DNA of 64,000 nt from Candidatus Binatia bacterium (lineage in GTDB: Bacteria > Desulfobacterota > Binatia > UBA9968 > JAJDTQ01): contig OY762897.2 of NCBI GenBank assembly GCA_963666515.2, forward strand, positions 1,216,001 to 1,280,000, in the 5' to 3' direction. The position numbers and the translations under genes are program-made. The notes below the pieces were generated by a model. That model did not search any database. It worked only from the letters and a program-made list of their open reading frames with translations, and was not told the DNA's origin. Below are positions 59,074 to 64,000 of the stretch, one piece after another (positions within the stretch are counted from its first letter, which is position 1; each line of letters starts with the position of its first letter).

Positions 59074-60377
59074 CGGAGACCGCGGGAGAGCAGCAGGGAT
59101 ACCTCGAGGATTTCGAGAAACTCGCGGCGCGGGCCTCGCGCAACGGCGGCGCCTGGGTCGGCGACCTGCGCCGCCGGGCCATGGACCGCTTCCGCTCCCT
59201 GGGGTTTCCGACGACCCGCGCCGAGGAGTGGAAGTACACGAGCCTGGAGGCGCTGCGAAGGGCGTGTCTGCGTACCGCTGACGCGACGGTGTCGAGCGCG
59301 GCACTGGGGCGCGACCCGTTCGATTCCGGCGGGTGGAAGCGCTACGAGTTGACGTTCCCTTGGACCGGCGAAGGCGCTGGCGAGGGACGCGACGAGGACA
59401 TCTTCGTCGGCCGTCTGGCCGACGCCGTGGAGCAGCGGCTCCCGTGGGTGGAAGCGCATCTTGGACGCCACGCCGACTATGACGGGCACGCGCTCCGGGC
59501 GCTCAACACCGCGTTCCTGGAAGACGGCGGCGCGGTCCGGCTGGGCTCCGGGCGGACTCTCGACCGGCCCGTCCGCCTGGTCTTTCTCGCCGGCCCAGGG
59601 CAGCCCTCCAACCGCATCGTGCACCCGCGCGCGCTGGTGGTGGTGGGCGCGGGCAGCCGGTTGACGCTGGTGGAGGCCTACGCCGGTTCCGGCGACGCAG
59701 TCTACTGCACCAACGCCGTCACCGAGATCGTGCTGGAGGACGACGCCGAGTTGGACCATTACCGGTTGGTGCGCGAGGGCGCAGGCGCATTCCATCTGGG
59801 GACTGTCCAGGTGCATCAGGCGCGCAACAGCCGCTACCGGTCGCTTTCCGTCACGTCAGGCGGGAGCATGACCCGGGTGGAGATCAACGCCCTGCTCGAC
59901 GGCGAGGGGGCCGACTGCCTGCTCCGGGGCCTCTACGTCGCCGGCGGCGCGCAGCACGTGGACAACCGCACCGCCATCGAGCACGCCAAGCCCCACGGCA
60001 CCAGCCGCGAACTGTACAAGGGGGTGCTGAGCGGACGGTCGCGGGCGGTGTTCAACGGCAAGATCGTCGTGCGCAAGGAAGCGCAGAAGACCGACGCGCA
60101 ACAGTCCAACAAGAACCTGATGCTCTCCCGCGACGCGGAGATCGACAGCAAGCCGCAGTTGGAGATCCTGGCCGACGACGTCCGCTGCTCCCACGGCACC
60201 ACCATCGGCCAACTGGAAGAGGACGAGCTTTTCTACCTGCGGTCGCGGGGACTGAACGAAGGGCTGGCCAGGGAATTGCTGGTCCACGGTTTCGCCGGCG
60301 AAATCCTCGACGGAATCGCCATCGAGCCGTTGCGCGACCGTGTCGAGAACGGAGTACTCTCCGAGCTGGGGGCGTGA
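59070..60377 (+). CDS. sufD: Fe-S cluster assembly protein SufD
   Basis: GFPT...EEWKYT, VFNGKI, AQKTDA, KPQLEILADDV.CSHG, FYLRSRG. Confidence 0.96.
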   Translation: MTETAGEQQGYLEDFEKLAARASRNGGAWVGDLRRRAMDRFRSLGFPTTRAEEWKYTSLEALRRACLRTADATVSSAALGRDPFDSGGWKRYELTFPWTGEGAGEGRDEDIFVGRLADAVEQRLPWVEAHLGRHADYDGHALRALNTAFLEDGGAVRLGSGRTLDRPVRLVFLAGPGQPSNRIVHPRALVVVGAGSRLTLVEAYAGSGDAVYCTNAVTEIVLEDDAELDHYRLVREGAGAFHLGTVQVHQARNSRYRSLSVTSGGSMTRVEINALLDGEGADCLLRGLYVAGGAQHVDNRTAIEHAKPHGTSRELYKGVLSGRSRAVFNGKIVVRKEAQKTDAQQSNKNLMLSRDAEIDSKPQLEILADDVRCSHGTTIGQLEEDELFYLRSRGLNEGLARELLVHGFAGEILDGIAIEPLRDRVENGVLSELGA

Positions 60378-60382
60378 CACGC

Positions 60383-61651
60383 ATGGCACGGGTGAAGACG
60401 GCAGAGTGGAACAAGGCCGAAGGCAACGGCTTCGACGTGGCGCGGGTGCGCGAGAATTTCCCGATCCTCGGCGAGACCGTCCACGGCAAGCCCCTGGTCT
60501 ACCTGGACAACGCCGCCACCGCGCAGAAGCCGAGGGCGGTGATCGAGCGCGTCGCGCGCTACTACGAGACCGAGAACTCCAACATCCACCGCGGCGTGCA
60601 CCGGCTGAGCGAGCAGGCCACCCGCGCCTACGAGGACGCCCGCGCCGCGGTGCGGCGTTTCCTCAACGCCGCCCACGACCGGGAGATCGTGTTCGTGCGG
60701 GGCGCCACCGAGGCCATCAACCTCGTCGCCCGGTGCTACGGCGGCGCCAACCTGGAGGCCGGGGACGAGGTGGTGATCTCCGCCATGGAGCACCATTCCA
60801 ACATCGTGCCGTGGCAGCTCATCTGCCAGGAGAAGGGCGCGGTGCTCCGGGTCATTCCGGTGGACGACCGCGGCGACGTGGTCATGGAAGACTACCACCG
60901 CCTGCTGGGGCCGCGCACCCGCATCGTGGCGTTGCCGCACGTCTCCAACGCGCTGGGCACGGTGAACCCCGTCAAGGAGATGATCGCCGACGCCCACCGG
61001 GCCGGCGTTCCGGTGCTCATCGACGGCGCCCAGGGCGCCCCCCACGCAGGGGTGGACGTGCAGGACCTCGACTGCGACTTCTACGCCTTCTCCAGCCACA
61101 AGCTCTACGGCCCCACCGGCGTCGGCGTGCTTTACGGCAAGGCCGGCCTGCTGGAGGCCATGCCGCCCTACCAGGGCGGCGGCGACATGATCCTCACGGT
61201 GAGCTTCGAGGCCACCGAGTACAACGCACTGCCCTACAAGTTCGAGGCCGGCACTCCCAACATCGCCGGGGTCATCGGCCTGGGCGCGGCCGTCGAGTAC
61301 CTCGCCGGCCTCGGCATCGAGGCGGTGGCGGCGCACGAGGACCGGGTGCTGGCGTATGCGGTGGAGCGGCTCACGTCCATGCCCGGCCTGCGGCTCATCG
61401 GCACGCCCGAACGGCGGGCGTCGCTGGTATCGTTCGTTTTCGGCGACGTGCACGCCCACGACATCGGCACCATCCTGGACCAGGACGGCATCGCCGTGCG
61501 CACCGGACACCATTGCGCCATGCCGGTGATGGACCGCTTCTGCGTGCCCGCCACCGTGCGCGCGTCGTTCGCGTGCTACAACACCGAGGCCGAGGTGGAC
61601 GCGCTGGCGGAGGGGCTCGACAAGGTAAGGAGGCTGTTCGACGGTGTCTGA
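60383..61651 (+). CDS. sufS: Cysteine desulfurase SufS
   Basis: YLDNAATAQKP, EHHSN, DGAQ, SSHKLYGPTG, RTGHHCA. Confidence 0.97.
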   Translation: MARVKTAEWNKAEGNGFDVARVRENFPILGETVHGKPLVYLDNAATAQKPRAVIERVARYYETENSNIHRGVHRLSEQATRAYEDARAAVRRFLNAAHDREIVFVRGATEAINLVARCYGGANLEAGDEVVISAMEHHSNIVPWQLICQEKGAVLRVIPVDDRGDVVMEDYHRLLGPRTRIVALPHVSNALGTVNPVKEMIADAHRAGVPVLIDGAQGAPHAGVDVQDLDCDFYAFSSHKLYGPTGVGVLYGKAGLLEAMPPYQGGGDMILTVSFEATEYNALPYKFEAGTPNIAGVIGLGAAVEYLAGLGIEAVAAHEDRVLAYAVERLTSMPGLRLIGTPERRASLVSFVFGDVHAHDIGTILDQDGIAVRTGHHCAMPVMDRFCVPATVRASFACYNTEAEVDALAEGLDKVRRLFDGV

Positions 61652-62096
61652 TCTGAGGGACCTCTACCAGGAGCTGATTCTGGACCACAACCGCAGGCCG
61701 CGGAACTTCGGGCCGCTGGCGGAAGCCAACCGCAGCGCCCGCGGCGTCAACCCGCTGTGCGGCGACAAGGTCGCGGTCCACCTGCACGTGGAAGGCGACC
61801 GGGTGAAGAAGGTGAGCTTCGAGGGTACGGGTTGCGCCATTTCCATCGCCTCCGCCTCGGTCATGACCGAGAGCCTGAAGGAGCAGAGTTGCGACGCCGC
61901 CAGGGACCTGTTCGAGCGGTTCCACCGGATGGTGGCGGCCGATGACGGCCAGGGCGCCGACGGCGACGGCATGGGCAAGCTGGCGGCGTTCGCGGGCGTG
62001 CGCGACTATCCGGCGCGCGTGAAGTGCGCTACGCTGGCGTGGCACACGTTGCGCGCGGCCCTGGACGGCGAAGACAAGGCCGTCAGCACCGAGTAG
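61644..62096 (+). CDS. sufU: SufU (NifU-like) protein
   Basis: LYQELILDH, NPLCGD, GCAIS.AS, YPARVKCATLAW. Confidence 0.96.
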   Translation: MSDLRDLYQELILDHNRRPRNFGPLAEANRSARGVNPLCGDKVAVHLHVEGDRVKKVSFEGTGCAISIASASVMTESLKEQSCDAARDLFERFHRMVAADDGQGADGDGMGKLAAFAGVRDYPARVKCATLAWHTLRAALDGEDKAVSTE

Positions 62097-62124
62097 CGGG
62101 GCGAGACGGACCGGGAGACATTTC

Positions 62125-62448
62125 GTGGAAAGCGTTGCGGAGCAGAAGGACATCGAACGGCGCGCCATCGAGGCGATACAGACTTGCTATGACCCCGAGG
62201 TGCCGGTGAACATCCACGAAATGGGCCTGATCTACGGGGTGGAGGTGGACCCCCTGGGCCACGTGACCGTCACCATGACCCTCACCGCGCCCAACTGCCC
62301 GGCCGCCCAGTCGCTTCCCGCGGAGGTGGAGGAGAAGGTCCGGGCGGTGGAGGGCGTCAAGGACGTGCAGGTCGAGATCGTCTGGGAGCCGCCCTGGGAC
62401 CCCAGCCTCATGTCGGACGCGGCCAAGTTGCAGCTCGGTATGCTGTGA
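62125..62448 (+). CDS. sufT: DUF59/SufT Fe-S assembly protein
   Basis: YDPE.PVNI..MGLIY, MTLTAPNCP, WEPPW. Confidence 0.9.
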   Translation: MESVAEQKDIERRAIEAIQTCYDPEVPVNIHEMGLIYGVEVDPLGHVTVTMTLTAPNCPAAQSLPAEVEEKVRAVEGVKDVQVEIVWEPPWDPSLMSDAAKLQLGML

Positions 62449-62490
62449 GCCGTCCCAGGTTCGCCCCGTACGCACCGAAACCAAGACAGC

Positions 62491-63966
62491 ATGGACGAAG
62501 CCAACGAGCAGATGGCGGTGCGCCGCCGGAAGGTGGAGCAGCTCCAGGCACGGGGCCTCTCCGTCTATCCCAACGACTTCCGGCCCAGTCACGCGGCCGG
62601 GGCCGTGCGCGAGCGCCACGGCGACCTGGACCCGGAGGGACTCGATGCGTTGACCGAAGAGTTCACGCTGGCAGGCCGCATCCGCGCCCACCGGCCCCAC
62701 GGCAAGGCGGCGTTCTTCGAGTTGGAAGACGGCACCGGCAGGCTCCAGGTCTACGCGCGAAAGGACAGGTTGGGGGAAGATGCTTACGAAGGGGTCCGTT
62801 CCCTGGATGTCGGCGACATCGCCGGCGTACGCGGCCGCCTGTTCCGGACCCGCACCAACGAGCTTACCATCGAAGCCGCGGAGGTAAGGTTGCTGACCAA
62901 GTGCGTCCGGCCCCTGCCCGAGAAGTGGCACGGCCTGAAGGACGTGGAGACGCGCTACCGGCAGCGTTACGTGGACCTGATGGTCAACCCCGATGTGCGG
63001 GAGGTGTTCCGCAGCCGTTCGCGGATCATCGGGCTCGTGCGCGGCTTCCTGGAGCGGAAGGGGTTCCTGGAAGTCGAGACCCCGATGATGCAGCCCATGG
63101 CCGGCGGCGCCGCGGCCAAACCCTTCGTGACCCACCACAACGCCCTGGACCGGGACCTCTACCTGCGAGTGGCCCCGGAGCTGTTTCTCAAGCGGCTGCT
63201 GGTGGGGGGCTTCGACCGCGTGTTCGAGTTGAACCGCAACTTCCGCAACGAAGGTCTCTCCACCCGGCACAATCCCGAGTTCACCATGCTGGAGTTCTAT
63301 CAGGCCTACGCCGACTACGAGGACCTGATGGAGCTTACGGAAGAGCTGTTCGTGATGCTGGCCGGGGATATCCGCGGGAGCCTGCGCATCCCCTGCGGCG
63401 GCCGCGAGGTGAACCTGGAAAGGCCGTGGCAGCGGCTTTCCGTGGCCGCAGGCGTCGCCGAGTACGGCGGCGTGGAGGAATCGGCGCTGGACACGCTCGA
63501 TGGCGTGCGCGCGGTCGCGGACAGGCACGGGCTCAAGCTCGACCCCGGACTCGGCCGCGGCAAGCTGCTGGTGGAGGTGTTCGAGCACTTGGTGGAGCCG
63601 CACCTGGTCCAGCCCACGTTCGTGGTGGGCTATCCCCTGGAGGTCTCTCCGCTGGCGCGGCGCAACGACAAGGTGCCGAGCCTGGTGGACCGTTTCGAGC
63701 TTTTCGTCGGCGGCAGGGAGCTGGCCAACGCCTTCTCCGAGCTGAATGATCCCGATGACCAGCGGCGGCGCTTCGAGGAACAGGCCGCGGCCCGGCGCGC
63801 CGGCGACGACACCGCCTGCGAGGTGGACGAGGACTACGTCCGCGCGCTGGAGTACGCCATGCCTCCGGCCGCGGGCGAAGGCATCGGCATCGACCGGCTG
63901 GTGATGCTGCTGACCGATTCGCCCTCGATCCGGGACGTGATCCTGTTCCCGCTCCTGCGCACGTGA
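62491..63966 (+). CDS. lysS: Lysine-tRNA ligase (class II)
   Basis: PEKWHGL.D, RYRQRY.DL, EVETP, FRNEG, HNPEFT, GIGIDR. Confidence 0.98.
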   Translation: MDEANEQMAVRRRKVEQLQARGLSVYPNDFRPSHAAGAVRERHGDLDPEGLDALTEEFTLAGRIRAHRPHGKAAFFELEDGTGRLQVYARKDRLGEDAYEGVRSLDVGDIAGVRGRLFRTRTNELTIEAAEVRLLTKCVRPLPEKWHGLKDVETRYRQRYVDLMVNPDVREVFRSRSRIIGLVRGFLERKGFLEVETPMMQPMAGGAAAKPFVTHHNALDRDLYLRVAPELFLKRLLVGGFDRVFELNRNFRNEGLSTRHNPEFTMLEFYQAYADYEDLMELTEELFVMLAGDIRGSLRIPCGGREVNLERPWQRLSVAAGVAEYGGVEESALDTLDGVRAVADRHGLKLDPGLGRGKLLVEVFEHLVEPHLVQPTFVVGYPLEVSPLARRNDKVPSLVDRFELFVGGRELANAFSELNDPDDQRRRFEEQAAARRAGDDTACEVDEDYVRALEYAMPPAAGEGIGIDRLVMLLTDSPSIRDVILFPLLRT

Positions 63967-63968
63967 CG

Positions 63969-64000
63969 ATGCGGTACGAGTTGTTCGTAGGGCTGCGCTA
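63969..64000 (+). CDS. Start of LolC/E lipoprotein-releasing ABC permease (truncated by window edge)
   Basis: [10 protein letters not shown](Y) N-terminus; lysS-lolC/E synteny. Confidence 0.65.
   Translation, partial: MRYELFVGLR

Overview
High-GC bacterial chromosome segment. Gene order (ffs-dnaX-ybaB-recR, carD-ispD, DUF1844-htrA-PBP, lysS-lolC/E) and gene content suggest a deltaproteobacterial-type lineage, possibly Binatia-like and host/sponge associated; that assignment is inference only. Most of the window is housekeeping: replication/repair, tRNA-Cys, tRNA-Glu, efp, coaE, cysK, tsaD, rsmA, mutM, uvrBC, hisS, aspS, def, an Rrf2-sufBCDSUT operon and lysS. Non-core parts: a eukaryote-like ERG4/ERG24 sterol reductase; a catabolic block (cyclic amidohydrolase, three-subunit molybdenum hydroxylase, CobW GTPase fused to a Cys-rich domain, orphan ABC ATPase, UbiD, a second Mo subunit and an amidohydrolase); and a ~5 kb accessory patch (14.06-19.08 kb). 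The patch starts at a 258-bp duplication of the ubiD 3' end and holds an Rpn nuclease with an intragenic antitoxin start, a decayed TA pair, a DUF4238 gene, IS1595 and IS3 relics, a lipoprotein and a 2-TM effector-like gene. The best candidates for something undescribed are that patch, a ferredoxin-linker-TM-HSP20-like fusion, the CobW fusion operon, an apparently extended (~180 nt) SRP RNA and a structured spacer after aspS. All calls come from motif recognition by eye; no database searches were run.
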